Below, in pieces: positions 31,049 to 43,000 of a DNA stretch of 64,000 nucleotides. The position numbers were made by a program, and so were the translations under genes. The notes under the pieces are model-generated. The model was given only the letters and a program-made list of their open reading frames with translations, searched no databases and was not told the DNA's origin. The stretch's first letter is position 1, and each line of letters begins with the position of its first letter. Location: the NCBI GenBank assembly GCA_051294375.1, contig JBJCIZ010000028.1, positions 1,425,576-1,489,575 on the forward strand, written 5' to 3'. The stretch comes from Paraspadella gotoi (taxonomy: Eukaryota > Animalia > Chaetognatha).

Positions 31049-32214
31049 AAAAAAAAAGAGAGAGAGAGCGCGATTAAGTCAGAGATAAAAAGAGAGAGAG
31101 CTCTTATATTAAGACAACATTGAAAACAAGTGTATCAACTTCTCTAACAATTTCTCTTTTTCCTTCCCCCCCCCCTCCCCGCCCCATTTGAAAAGGCGAC
31201 AAGTGCGACGAAACTGACCCGAACTCCGAGAACAGCCTCACCCACGACTTGGACCTGGTCAAACCCGTCCAGAGCTGCGAAGAGGGCGAGAAGGGTTTCC
31301 TTCTCCCGGCGCCGGAGCAGCCGCCGGAGCAGTCGCCGGCGCAGCGGATGGCGATCGCCGCCGTCGTCCTCGTCGTGCTGCTGCTCTTCGCCCTCATGTC
31401 CGCCTTCTTCGTCAGAAAGTTTTTGATTCTGGGTAAGAGAGAAAGTTTCTATTTGTTTAACGTTGATTTTGCGAAGGGAAAGATCAATTTCATATTGTTA
31501 CGAGTAGAGAGATCGACTTGAACTTCGTTTACTTTCAAATACAAAATCCGAGACGATGGCGATGACGCTTTGTTTCTCGCTTTGTTTTCATTGTTTCTCG
31601 CTTTGTTTTCCAGGTCGAGAAAATGGAAGATTTCGTTATTCTCGAGTCCCGCTTCACGAGCAAGAATGCGAATCTTTGTTGCCCGATGGAAACGACGCAA
31701 GAGGAGCGGGTAAAGTTTTCTTTGACTTTGTTTTTGTGTATTTTTGTTTAACGGCATTTACGGTAGCCAACATGATGTTAAATTTATTTTTACCACATTT
31801 GTCACTTTGTAAATTTAAAATAAGTAAGACTGTCTCGGTTTTTTAATGCACATCTTCTGATTTGGCAAAGTTTTCTTTCTAGTTTTTAATTCACGATAAT
31901 CATGTTTAACGATCGCTTATTATTATTTTACTTTTATATTATATTATTCTAATATTTATTATGACTCATCTTAAATCCCAGTCCTCTCTGAAGAGTCGGA
32001 CGCTGACTTCGATTTGGAGATGGAATTGGAGCGCGGGTTGGCCGACCTCGGCGCTCACCTCTCCACGACGCCCGCCGCCGCCGCCGCCACTTCTCCCGAC
32101 CTGCTTGTCGACGTGGGGCGCGACTCGGAACCGCCCGTCTCCACCGCCAGATCGGGCAGGGGCAGGAACGACCCTGGCGTCGGAGCGGATTCTGACGACG
32201 AGCTCATTGCCTGA
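17877..32214 (+). CDS. SORT1: Sortilin-like Vps10p-domain sorting receptor
   Basis: Exons 17877-17976 (signal peptide), 19154-19545, 19854-20549, 29050-29301, 29693-30097, 30741-30981, 31196-31432, 31614-31709, 31982-32214. Several BNR/Asp-box repeats (SDDFGKTF, SRDFGATW, STDNGATW, SSDGGRSW), a 10CC cysteine module (CHCTYEDDYECDYGY...C), one TM helix, and a tail with YSRV and a terminal acidic dileucine-like DSDDELIA. Confidence 0.85.
18246..19140 (+). repeat. ~35 bp minisatellite filling most of sortilin intron 1
   Basis: About 25 copies of AGATCTAAAGAATCCCCTCCCCTTGCTTCCTCCCC, increasingly degenerate 3'-ward. Confidence 0.95.
20568..20726 (+). repeat. Left terminal direct repeat (LTR or LTR 3' part) of the gypsy element
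   Basis: ATAGGACAGTG...CCTTCGGAATAA matches 27979-28136 and is followed by the PBS-like sequence. Confidence 0.85.
27979..28136 (+). repeat. Right terminal direct repeat of the gypsy element
   Basis: Identical by eye to 20568-20726. Confidence 0.85.
28272..29026 (+). pseudogene. Frameshifted tandem duplicate of sortilin exon 4, intron 4 and the start of exon 5
   Basis: Parallels 29043-29806 with many small indels and lies directly beside an N-gap. It may be an assembly artefact. Confidence 0.6.
30170..30352. repeat. Intronic tandem repeat built on TGTACTTGTACA and CGCCCATGCATCAGATTTATT
   Basis: Four imperfect units of about 40-55 bp. Confidence 0.85.
30415..30571 (-). mobile_element. tRNA-derived SINE, 5'-truncated copy
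   Basis: Matches 50886-51068 with an internal deletion. The minus strand carries B-box-like GGTTCTAGCCC. Confidence 0.65.
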
Positions 32215-35200
32215 TCATCGAAACGGATTCCCCAGGACATTTTTACGATTCCCTGGACTGCTTGATCCCCTGAACAGTCGGACCACTTTATTTTCTTGAA
32301 AATTTGGGTCTGCTTCAACTTTATGATATCCTGATTCAACCTATAACCCTTTTTGATTTGATCCCCGGACGTTTTTGTCCCATATTGACTGACGTCGACT
32401 GACGACTTAATCCCTTCCCAATCGGCCAATCGCTCCCCAATTCCCCTCCCGATCGGCCGATAGCATATCCCGATCGGCTGAGAACTCTCCCCATTTCCCG
32501 ATCGGCTAATTCTTCCGTCGAGTCGCGACGTTGTGATGCAAATGATGCCTTTAACTAAGTCGGTCGTTGATATCGACCCAGGAACGCTCCTTTTACATTG
32601 TATTAAATCGTGATATATATATTCATTATGCAATCTACATTGGGTCCCAAACTTGTAAATAAACTTTAACATAAAGTGAAAAAAGAAATTAAAGAACGCT
32701 CGTCGGAATCTATTAGCTTTTTCAGCTTTCTTTAGTTTTGCTTGGTGATGGGAATGAAAATGTCTTATCTTTGAAAGGCTATCAATAAACAATCAATCAA
32801 CCAATCACTGATTGGCAATCCGTCATTTTTTCTACTTTATTTTTTTTTTTATGGTGCGCGGTTCTAAAGCGAAAAAAGACAAATAGAATCTGACTGCATA
32901 TTTAATAAGTATTATTTAATTGAGTTGTCATTTTTTCGTGGTTTGGACCCTGTCTTATAGTCACTATTTAATGGTATTGGATACCGAGGGATGACGGTGC
33001 ATTGTAGTAAAAGACTATGATCTCTTTTTTTTTTCTCTCTCTAACTTGACATTCCACAATGAATATTCATCAGTCATTTTGATCACAGTAGTTAAGTGGA
33101 TGATTTTTACCAGATAAAACTTCCAGATATTAATCAAAATTAGGATGTAGATGTATTTATTTATGCCACTCGGATTAAGATGTGTAATAGTTTTAGTATA
33201 CTACGAAAAAAACCCCAGATATATGCGATGGCACAAAATTTCGAAGACGAAACGAAGCAGTAAAATGTCATTTTTTAGATGATGACTTGTATTTCAATTG
33301 ATTCACATAATTTAAATGCGTATAAGTAAAATTAAGTTTTATCCTGGAAAATGTTTGGCGAATTTTTATCAGTATATTAGTTTTTTGGATGATTAGCTTA
33401 TGAATAATGAAGAGCTAGATGAAAACACGTAGCATTGTCATACGTATGACATAAAGAAAGAAATTTTACGACATTAAACAAAAAAGAAATATTTGGATGA
33501 AATTTTAGTCGAGGTAAATCATTTAATTTACCAATTTTAACGCGTTGTAAGTGTTAGGGGGCGAATGCACCTGTGTTAGGGGGCGAATCCTGCGTACCCC
33601 CTAACTGATGGGCGATGAGTGGCAGAATGTCTCGGAACAACCATAGGTTTGGATAGATCAAGGGCAGCCGTGCATTTACAGTCTGAGCACCCTGGAATCT
33701 GCACTGTATCGTAATCAGGAAGAAACACATTAAACAGAACCAAGTACCCAACACCTCTCCTATCATACTATAAATGATTCACGATAACTGTGGGAGGAAA
33801 TTGATAATAAACGATCAATAACCATCGATGAACAATCTATGAATAATCAATGAATGATTAATAAATGAATAAATGTCCGATCGTAAATGAATCCACTGAT
33901 GAATAAAAGCCGATGAACGAATCCACGAAAATTTCTTCCCGTCATAAGGCTCAAGAAATTACTTTAAAAATTCATGAAAAAAATGATAAGCAATAAAATG
34001 GTATGAAAATAAAAATACTAAAGTTATAGATATTGCTAATATTGATGTAATTTATGCAGCTAAGAATTTGTAGTATTAAATTAAAAATTATTCTGAAGTG
34101 ATGCTCTTCTGTTTCATCTTTTATGATCTCTTTCAAATCTTCCCGCCCACTCGTCCCCTCCTCCTCCCGCCCTCTCTCGCTTTCCTTAATACTCTCTCTC
34201 TTTTTGTTTTACTGTTTGCTTTATATTTTATTTTGATTTTTTTTTCTGCTTCTGGGGCTTCCATATGAGTACAGCCTCTTTTGTTTATTTTGGCCATTTA
34301 AACAAAACAATAAAATAAAAATTATCGTGCAGGGTTTTAGTAACAAACTGGTTTTTAATGATTTGTGAGAAGGTTTTTCTGAAAAATCTGAGGTAGATTT
34401 ATCAGTGAAACCCAAACAAATATTAAGTATTTTCTCGTTTTAAATTGTGACGTTCAACGTCTTAAAATCCATCAAACAACATCAAGAGCGTCTTTTCTTT
34501 TCCATCAAACAACATCAAGAGCGCCTCTTTTCTCCTCCATCAAACAACATCAAGAGCGCCTCTTTTCTCCAGCATCAGACGATAAAGAATCAAACTCTTC
34601 GCAAGAATTGGAAGGATTTTTCTTTTCTAAAAGAAAACGCAGTGGACAGACACACAGTGGAGGCAATGAGGGACTATGTGGCAATCTTAAGAATACTAAT
34701 CTTTGACTCATATCTACTACATATTGTTAGTTATCTATTTCCTGGTTTTGTTAATTTATTCTTTATAAAGTTTTAAATTCTAATACTTGACAATTTTTTT
34801 GTACCAACTGTTTGAACAATGTTAATAAAAATATTAAACAAACTCGCCCTTGTTGGATCGAAGGAGATCGCCATGACGCGTGGGAGAGATTCTCGAGAGA
34901 GAGCGAGTGACCAGGTTGTCAACCGTCTCCAAGGCAACGCCGGGTACAGGGTATTAATTATGCAATTACTGGAGGAAAACGAAATCCGGGGAAAAATAAA
35001 AGAACATTTTTGAAATTTGAAGAAAAAGAAAAAAAATACGAACGTCAAGAGGAAAAAAAACACAATTTTCTGCATCACAACCGCCCCCTTCGATCACCCC
35101 CCTTCCATCGCCCCCTTCCGCCATCACCCCCCTTCCATCCCCCCAAAACTAAAAAAAATGGTCTCCCCTGCTTCGTCCAACGAGCGACGACAAAGAAGAC

Positions 35201-35712
35201 CTGGGGCGAAATCGTCTTCGCCTGTCGTCGTCGTCGTCGTCGTCGGCGACCTCAGTCGGGCGACGACGAATTCGTCACTGAGGAGAAACTTCGTCGTTTA
35301 GAAGAGAAGGACAAAACGTGGGTCGAATCGGTCAACGAGAAAAATGTAAAAAAAACTATAAATAAATCTTTTTAATTATTATTATCTATAGGCCATATGA
35401 CATTCTTAGTATTCCGCTGTTAAACTTTACTGATAATGGCAATAAATATATAATACATATGAGTAAGTAAAATATAAAATATCACAAGTAATGTAAAAAC
35501 GATCTTAAAATAAAATTGTTCTCTCCTTTCCAGCTCAACCATCTCCCCTTCCCTTCCGAAAAGAAAACAAAAACAAAAAAAGAAAAGAAAAAAAACCAAA
35601 AACAAAACTACAAGAAAAAGGAAAAGAAAAAGAAAAAAGAAAAGAAAAAGAAAAAAAAAAACAAAACTAAAAGAAAAAAGAAAAAGAAAAAAGAAAAAGA
35701 AAAAAGAAAAGA

Positions 35713-36997
35713 ATGAGCAGAAACGGAATCGGGTTCGACATCGTCGTCGTCGGCAGCTGCTGCTCCGTCCTGGAGACATTCGCCACTCACCTCCCGTCCA
35801 AAGGTCAGACCCTTCGAGGTCACGGTCATCGCTCCCACTGCGCCGGGCAAGGAGCCAATCAGGCCGTCTGCGCCGCCCGTCTCGGATGCCGCACCGCCAT
35901 CCTCTGCAAGCTCGGCGACGATTGCTACGGCCACGCCCACTTGGAGAACTTTCGGCGCGAGGGCGTCAACACGCGGTACTCGACGATGACGCGGGCGGCG
36001 CCCACCGGCGTCGCCAACGTCGTCGTCGACGACTCCGGAGGAAAGACGGTGCTGCACTCGCCCGGCGCCAACAAGCGCCTCGGAGTCAAGGACGTGTTCG
36101 GCGCGGCGCCGTCCCATTTCAGCGGGAGTCGGGTGCTGCTCGTGGGTTTGGAGATTCACCCGGAGGTTAGTGGTTGGGGGGGTGGGGGAGATTAGATGAC
36201 GACAGTTGCTGCTTCTAACCATCAATTAACTAATTTATAATTTCTTTATTTAGTTTTATTGTTATGATGACGGAATAATTTCAATTTAGAATTAAATTCA
36301 ATGAATAAGCGTCGAATGAATGAATGTATTGATGAATGAATGAATTGATGAATGATGAATGAATGAATTTGATGGGCATACGGAATTGGGTAAAAAAATA
36401 AATTTGAATTAATTTGAATTAATTTTTCGAGCGGGCAGTCGAAAAAACTTTCTCTCCTTTACCTTCCACCAGGTGGCCTTATACGCTCTGAAATTAGCCT
36501 CTGACCACGAGATGGTCACCATCTTCGCTCCCACGTCCGCCGTCCCTCGTTTGGACGAGGAACTCTTTCGAAACTGCGACTGGATCATCCCCAATCGCCG
36601 GGCGGTGGAGGCTCTCTTCGAGGTCCCCGTCCGCACGGTGGACGACGCCAAGGCCGCCACCAAGCGACTGCGGGAGAAACGATGCAAGAACGTCATCATC
36701 ACCGTCGGCGCCGAGGGCGTCGTCTTTCTCACGGAACACTCCAAGTCCCCGGTCCACATCCCCGCGCCCAGCATCGATCAAAAGTCGGTGGTGGACACGT
36801 CCGGAGCGGGAGACGCCTTCGCCGGCAGCTTCGCCTACTTCGTGGCCAAATCTGAGGCGAGGCAATCGAGAGACTTGGATCATCTCTACGCCATCATCTC
36901 CAAGTCTTGCGCCGTCGCCACCTTCAGCGTTCAGAGGGTCGGGACGATGTCCAGTTATCCGTCGAGAGCCGAGATCAAACTCGTAGATTTGGCTTGA
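35713..36997 (+). CDS. Ribokinase-like PfkB family sugar kinase (divergent)
   Basis: Exons 35713-36165 and 36473-36997. PfkB signatures AGQGANQAVCAARLG...KLGDDCYG and VDTSGAGDAFAGSF, plus terminal GTMSSYP. Confidence 0.88.
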
Positions 36998-38412
36998 TTT
37001 CTGGGGAAAAGGGGGGGGGGAATTAATTGGTTGAAATTAAAAATGATGACTCGCTTTTTTTTATTGCCCCTCCGGAGGCTAAAGGATATTTCTTGCGCTT
37101 AGGTTTACGTATTTTACTAACTTAGATCAACTAACATTTATATATTAAACGTGCTTAATATTAGAATTTTTAAATTTTACTTTATATAAAATTCAATACG
37201 TAGATAGTGCCGTTTTGTTCGAAGGTTTGTCCTCAATGAAAAAGTTATTTAATATTTATGAGGAATTGTACGACTTACAATGTACGTAGGTTTTCAAAAC
37301 ATAAGCGAAGTTTGTCATGTTAAATCGGTACTGTCGCTGGTCCGTGATTCTTAAGACAATCATCAATTTATGGGTCCATCTTTTTTTAAAAATAAGGAAT
37401 ATTTAAATAGACTATATTTTATCAAAAAGAATATGAATTTCCCTCCCAAAAATGCTACACGATTTCATAACACTGAAATCCCCAACGCTTTTTTTTCATA
37501 ATGAAGCGTTGAATCCAATCCTCCGTCCCTTTTTCTCATCTCCGAGTGACACACCCCGTCTCCCTACCTCCCTCCCCTACCTCCCCGTCTCTCTACATCC
37601 CCTCCCCGTCTCCCTACTTCCCCTCCCCCTCTCCCATACCTCTCCTCCCCCTCTCCATACCTCCCCTCCCCGTCTCCATACCTCCCCTCCCCCTCTCCCT
37701 ACCTCCCCTCCCTGTCTCCCTACCTCCCCTCCCTGTCTCCCTACCTCTCCTCCCAGTCTCCCTTCCTCTCTTCTTCACCTCGCCTCGGTTTTTGCATTCG
37801 CGCGGCTCCGGCTAATTTTCGCCCGACTTCAGTTCCATTTCTTTGTGCGGACTTGGCATAACATGGCCTAACATGGCCGGACATAAATGATTTCGTTCCG
37901 ACCGTTCCACAGAGATCGTTGAGATTAGGTACCAAAAAAAACCCCACTAATTCCAAACCGTTCACCTTTTTAGTATTTAGTTTTAACCTCATGAGGTCCG
38001 TTTTATCTTAGTTTTTTGTTATAGTTTTTATTTTAAAATCAACTTAAAACGCAATGTGCAATTATTATTTATTTTTGATTGATTATTATCTATTTTGGCA
38101 AATGTGATTTGATTTGTTTAGGAGGTTTGGTTTTCTTTTTTTCCTTAACCTCTCTTCTCTTTTGTTTCACTTATTTCAGTGAATAATTTCATCGCTTTCT
38201 TAGTTTTAGTAAAAGAAGAAATGACAGTCATTCTTTCCGTTGAAAGCAGCTTTGTTCCATCTTCATTTCGGATCGCCCGAATTTTAAAGAACTGCTTTGT
38301 ATACATTGTATCATTTCTTTCTTTCGTTTTGTTTTTAAGATTTAGTGAGAAAAAGAATTTCTTTAACAACAACGATTTTTATTAATAGTTAAGCAGACAG
38401 GTTTCGACCTTG

Positions 38413-38658
38413 TATGAAATTGGTACAACCAATATAAAAATTATCCATTCATTTAATAAATAAGCTATCTTGCCCCCTGACTCCTGCCCTCCATCACTCT
38501 TACAAGATAATGACATAGCAGGTCCCTGCAAGCTTTCAATCAAGACTCTCTCACAGTCTCGTTTATTCACTCCCAGAGTACCTGGCTTCCCTATCAATGA
38601 AGTGGAAAATATTTAAAAGAATGTTTCAATTGTATGAAAAGACCACTCCCTTAAGTAT
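38413..38658. mobile_element. Copy of the ~260 bp dispersed element inserted into the minus-strand hammerhead
   Basis: Reverse complement of 13113-13375 with a small internal deletion. Flanked by GTATG direct repeats (38412-38416, 38655-38659). Confidence 0.8.
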
Positions 38659-38688
38659 GTAAGTCTTCATCAGTGCTCTCAAAAAAAA

Positions 38689-38737
38689 TTAAGCACTGAT
38701 GAAGACTTGCATACAAAGTCGAAACATGTCTGCTTAA
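38689..38737 (+). ncRNA. Minimal type I hammerhead ribozyme
   Basis: Stem I TTAAGCA/TGCTTAA, core CTGATGA (38696-38702), stem II GACTT/AAGTC, GAAA, palindromic ACATGT stem III, and GUC triplet (cleavage predicted after 38730). Confidence 0.88.
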
Positions 38738-39096
38738 CTATTAATAAAAATCGTTGTTGTTAAAGAAATTCTTTTTCTCACTAAAGGAACTTCTTTAACT
38801 TTAATACAAATATATATATCGAATTTATATAGTACATATGCTATGTATCGAAAACAATGTATACACGCAAAAAAAACAGAACTGTGATTTGTGATTTAGT
38901 TACAACCTTATTAAATCTTTATCTTTAAAAAAAAATACTACTTGGCGCGATCCCCCCCCCTCTATTTATGATCTTCATTTCCGTAGTGACATTTTATTTT
39001 AGTTTTTAATCCTGCTCTCTTTCTCTCATTCCATTGTCCCTCTGTCTCTAGTCAGCGCAATACTTCAATGTCAAACCAGCTCATTAACATAAATAG

Positions 39097-39133
<37 letters not shown>

Positions 39134-40001
39134 GAATTTTTACATATTAACTGTTAAACTCTATACTGCGTTGGCGTGCCTCTCTCGTCCCCAATTCCTG
39201 CTCACATTTTTTGTTCTAATCTTTAGCCGACTTTTCCATTCAAACTCACTGTAGAAGTTTTTCTCCCTTTTCTCGTTTTTAGGTATAAAAATTACCTTCA
39301 GATTATCATTTAAATTAAACAATAAACATACGTTCGTGTATTCATGATAAAACTTATTCTTCGCTCTTAATTGATGACGTGGAATAATTAACGACCGGTA
39401 CTAATAAATTTAACTACCCGTGTCCTTTTTTAAAATTTTTTCTCTAACACAGAATATTAACAAACAAGTAGAGGGGGGAGAAGAAAAACTTACAAATACT
39501 ACTAGCCATCCTCTTTGTCCTTTTTTTGTTAAATTAATATTACTATAATTTATGGTCGGAAAAAAATTTTGCCAAAGAATCATGCATTTTATTATTATCA
39601 CTGTTACAACTTGTCTAATATATACACTTCGCCGAATCACACTGTTTTTTTTCTGTTTACTTTTACAAAGAAAAAAAAGTAAAGAAACTTAGACAAAAAT
39701 GTTTGCGAAAATGTAGGATGAAGTGAAACGGACGCTTCGCCGGCGGACGTCGTACATCGGGGAGAAAATTAATGTCTCATGTCGCCAACTTACTCTTTTT
39801 GGGTCTTTAACTTTTTAATTTCTTGTCTGGGACCCGACGCCTGTCGCCTGATCAAGGAAAATAATGAATAAAATCGAATTTCATCTCGAGACAAAATCTC
39901 ATCTTTTTCATTTGAGTCAATGAGGAACGTCATTTCTAAGAAATAGGTTTCACTTTCTCTCTCTCTATCTCTCTCTCTGTCTCTCTCCCTCCCTCCAAAC
40001 C

Positions 40002-43000
40002 ATGGACGTGGAAGACATCGTCCGTCTCCGCAAGAACTGGCCCCACCTGGTCAAATACCTCAAACCCAAAGACGCCAAACTCCTGGACAAGCTCTACCAA
40101 CACGCCGTCCTCAACGAGGCAGAATTCGCTCGACTTCGCGCGGAGGAAAATCCCAAGACTCGAGCCGTCGGCCTCTCTGCCGTCCTCAAGCGGAAGGGGC
40201 AGCCCACCTTCGAACGGTTCCTCGCCTGCCTCAGGAAACACTACGACTCTCTCGCCAAGAAGATCGAGAAGACGAGCGTCGATCAAGCCGACGTGGAGGA
40301 GCAGCTCGAGCTGGAAAAATCCTCCGCGGCGTCGGCAGCGGCTGCTGCTGAGGTCGAGGCGGCGCGGTTCGACGGAGAAGTCCCACTCAGTACTGGGCTG
40401 CGGTTTAATGGTGAGAGACGGGAGGGGAAGTCTCTCTCTCTGTCTCTCTCGGTCTCCCTCTTTCTTCCTTTATCTCTCTCTTGCTTTATCTCTCTCTCTA
40501 CGTATCTCTCTCTCTTTCTCTCTTTATTTCTCTCTTTTTCTCTCTTTATTTCTTGCTTTTTCTCCACGGCATTTCTCCCCAAAATACCAGGCCCATCTGA
40601 AGAGACCCATCTTTCCTCGTTCCAGGCTACGGGCGACGCCAGGACGTCCTGGGCTGGCTGACCGACATGTCGCTGTCCGATCCTATCGAGTCTGGCTCCC
40701 TTAACATGAGCCTCTCTGAGGAAGGGCTCAGCGGGCGATCCAGCGATCCCGCCCCCTTGACACGTGAGTTATCGAATATCGTTCTTAATATTATTATTAT
40801 TATTATTATTGTTATTGTTACTGTATTATTTATGTACTATGCTTTAAAGGCTTTCATGCTTCTTAGGCTTTGAGAAATGACTAACTTTAGAAATATAGGA
40901 AAGCAATAAAAATACTTGATAATAAAATGTTAGTTTATAACATTCATTGAATCTTTCCTCTGTCATTAAGATTCATTCCTAACCCGTTTGTCTCATTCTT
41001 TTCTTATTCCTCGCGACGTCGTCATAATCGAAATAAAAAAATCGCTTCTTTTTGCTTAAAAACCGGATTTGACCGGATTTGACCGGATTTTCCTTGTCGA
41101 GGTCGAGAATAATTCTGGGTTAAATGCTGAACCGCATTATGCAAATCGATTTTTTCTAATTAGCCGAATGCATTGTTGAGTAATCGAAGGTTGAACCGGA
41201 AGATGTAGAAATAGAAATCGCTGAAATCTGGTGATAATAGTCAAAAGATCACCTATTCTATGTTTAAATTGTTTTCAAATTAAAAGATGCTTTAAGAAAT
41301 GATTTGGTCTATTGTGATTAATTTAAATTTAGCGATTCACATCTCTCCTTGTTCCCCAACTCTCTCCAGCCGGCGCCAAGTCTCTCGACAAGAAGGGAAG
41401 TCAATCAAATGTTTGCGGCGCCGACGCTTGGAACTTCCGCTCGATGCGTCTCTCTCGCGGCGCCGAGACCTTCGAAGCCGGTGCCAAGCTGAGGCAAAGT
41501 ACGAGGACGGCGCCGGTCGGCGACTCTGGAGACGGAAGCAGCGCCACCGACGGAGACTCTGGCGGCGCCGGACAGATGCGGATGACGACGACGACGACGA
41601 CGCAGGGTGAGGCTGGGATTTGGGTTGAAGATAAGTATGTTTACAATCGCTAAATTCTATAAGTTATATACTTATATACTTCTCCCAAACTCCACAGCTC
41701 TCATCCACGCCCCTCGCTCGGCTCCACCTTCTCGTCAACCCCGATCCAAAACACCTGAACCCCTCAACCCGAAGCCTCGAACCCAGCGTGACCTCTCGGC
41801 CGGCAGCGCCAGACGCATCAAGTGCGTCGCCGCTCCAGCGCCGCCAGCTGTGACGCCGGACCCGCGAATCTCTCCCGCCCGCCTCCACCGATCGCCGGAT
41901 CCTCGTCTTTCCCCCAACGGCGTCGGCGGCGCCGCTTTTTTCGGCGTCGACAATCGACGCTCATCTCCCGGCGTCGGCGCCGTAAGCAACAACAACAACG
42001 TTCGCCGCTCGCCGCTCCACAATCAGTACTCCGTGCCCCGCTCCTCGGTGTCCAACGGGCGCTGCTCCAACGCTCCGCTCTTCTCCTTCGGTCGCGAGGG
42101 AAGGGGAGCGGGGGAGTTCCGCTATCCTCGCAGCGTCATGATCGACGACGAACAGAAAGTCTACGTTGTCGATCGAGGAAATTCGAGAATTCAAGTCTTT
42201 TCGACCGCGGGATCGTATCTCTATCAGTTTGGAATTGGATCTAAGTTTATTGGTAAGAAAATACTAAATAATAGTGTTGGATTGTTATTATAATGAAAAT
42301 GTAGCGAGCAAGAAGCGTGATAAGATTATAAAGAAATCGAAATTTTCTTACATAATGTTAACTTTTTGTGATCGAAGTGAAATTATAGAATCGGCGCGCG
42401 TTGGGATATCACTCTTTGTAGATTTCATTATTGGGGTTTTTTTTATTCTCCCTTTTACTTCAAATATATCTCTTTTTTATAGTTGCGATCGCTTTGCGTT
42501 TGCGACGATTTTGCTGTGGTTTTGCACATAAGTGGCGTCGTTGTCGGCGTTCCAATTTATAGATCGCCTTTTTTATGATTAAATTTAGGTGTATGAAGCT
42601 GAAAATTTATATACAGCTTTTCATCATCGAGGTTGTTGAAATTGGGTGAGGACAGTTATTAAATATGTTTTGTTTACGTTTTATCAAAACAAAAAAATTT
42701 CCTCTATTTTTATTTTAATGTCTCCTTCTCTCTTTCTTTTTTTTCTTTAAATTATATGTAGCTATATCTCTCTCTTTTCCCCAGGCTGATTCATGGGGAA
42801 AAAACTTTCTCTTTTCTCCTGCTGCTGCTGCCTTTTGATTTCTTTCTTTTGTTCTGGCTGCCTCTGCTGCTGCCGCTGCTGATTCGTCCGAAAACGATTT
42901 GGCTTCTCTCTCTCTCTCTCTTTTTGTGACCGTGACGACATCGTCTTTCAATTACCGTGATATGCCAAGAAGGTTTCAGAATCTCTAAAAAAAATTAAGA

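Larger units (their letters stand above)
38341..38785. mobile_element. Head-to-head inverted pair of Penelope-type terminal repeat units carrying hammerhead ribozymes
   Basis: 38341-38416 plus 38656-38677 are the reverse complement of 38692-38785. The left unit is split by the ~245 bp dispersed element. Confidence 0.75.

Noticed and set aside
32055-32792. 245-aa minus-strand ORF
   Set aside because: Overlaps the last sortilin exon and 3' UTR, lacks an ATG start, and has no recognisable domain.
35420-35779. Poly-Lys and poly-Phe ORFs upstream of the ribokinase
   Set aside because: A-rich simple sequence with no coding signal.
37452-37871. Proline-rich extensin-like ORF
   Set aside because: C/T-rich 21-bp minisatellite in intergenic DNA with no splice context.
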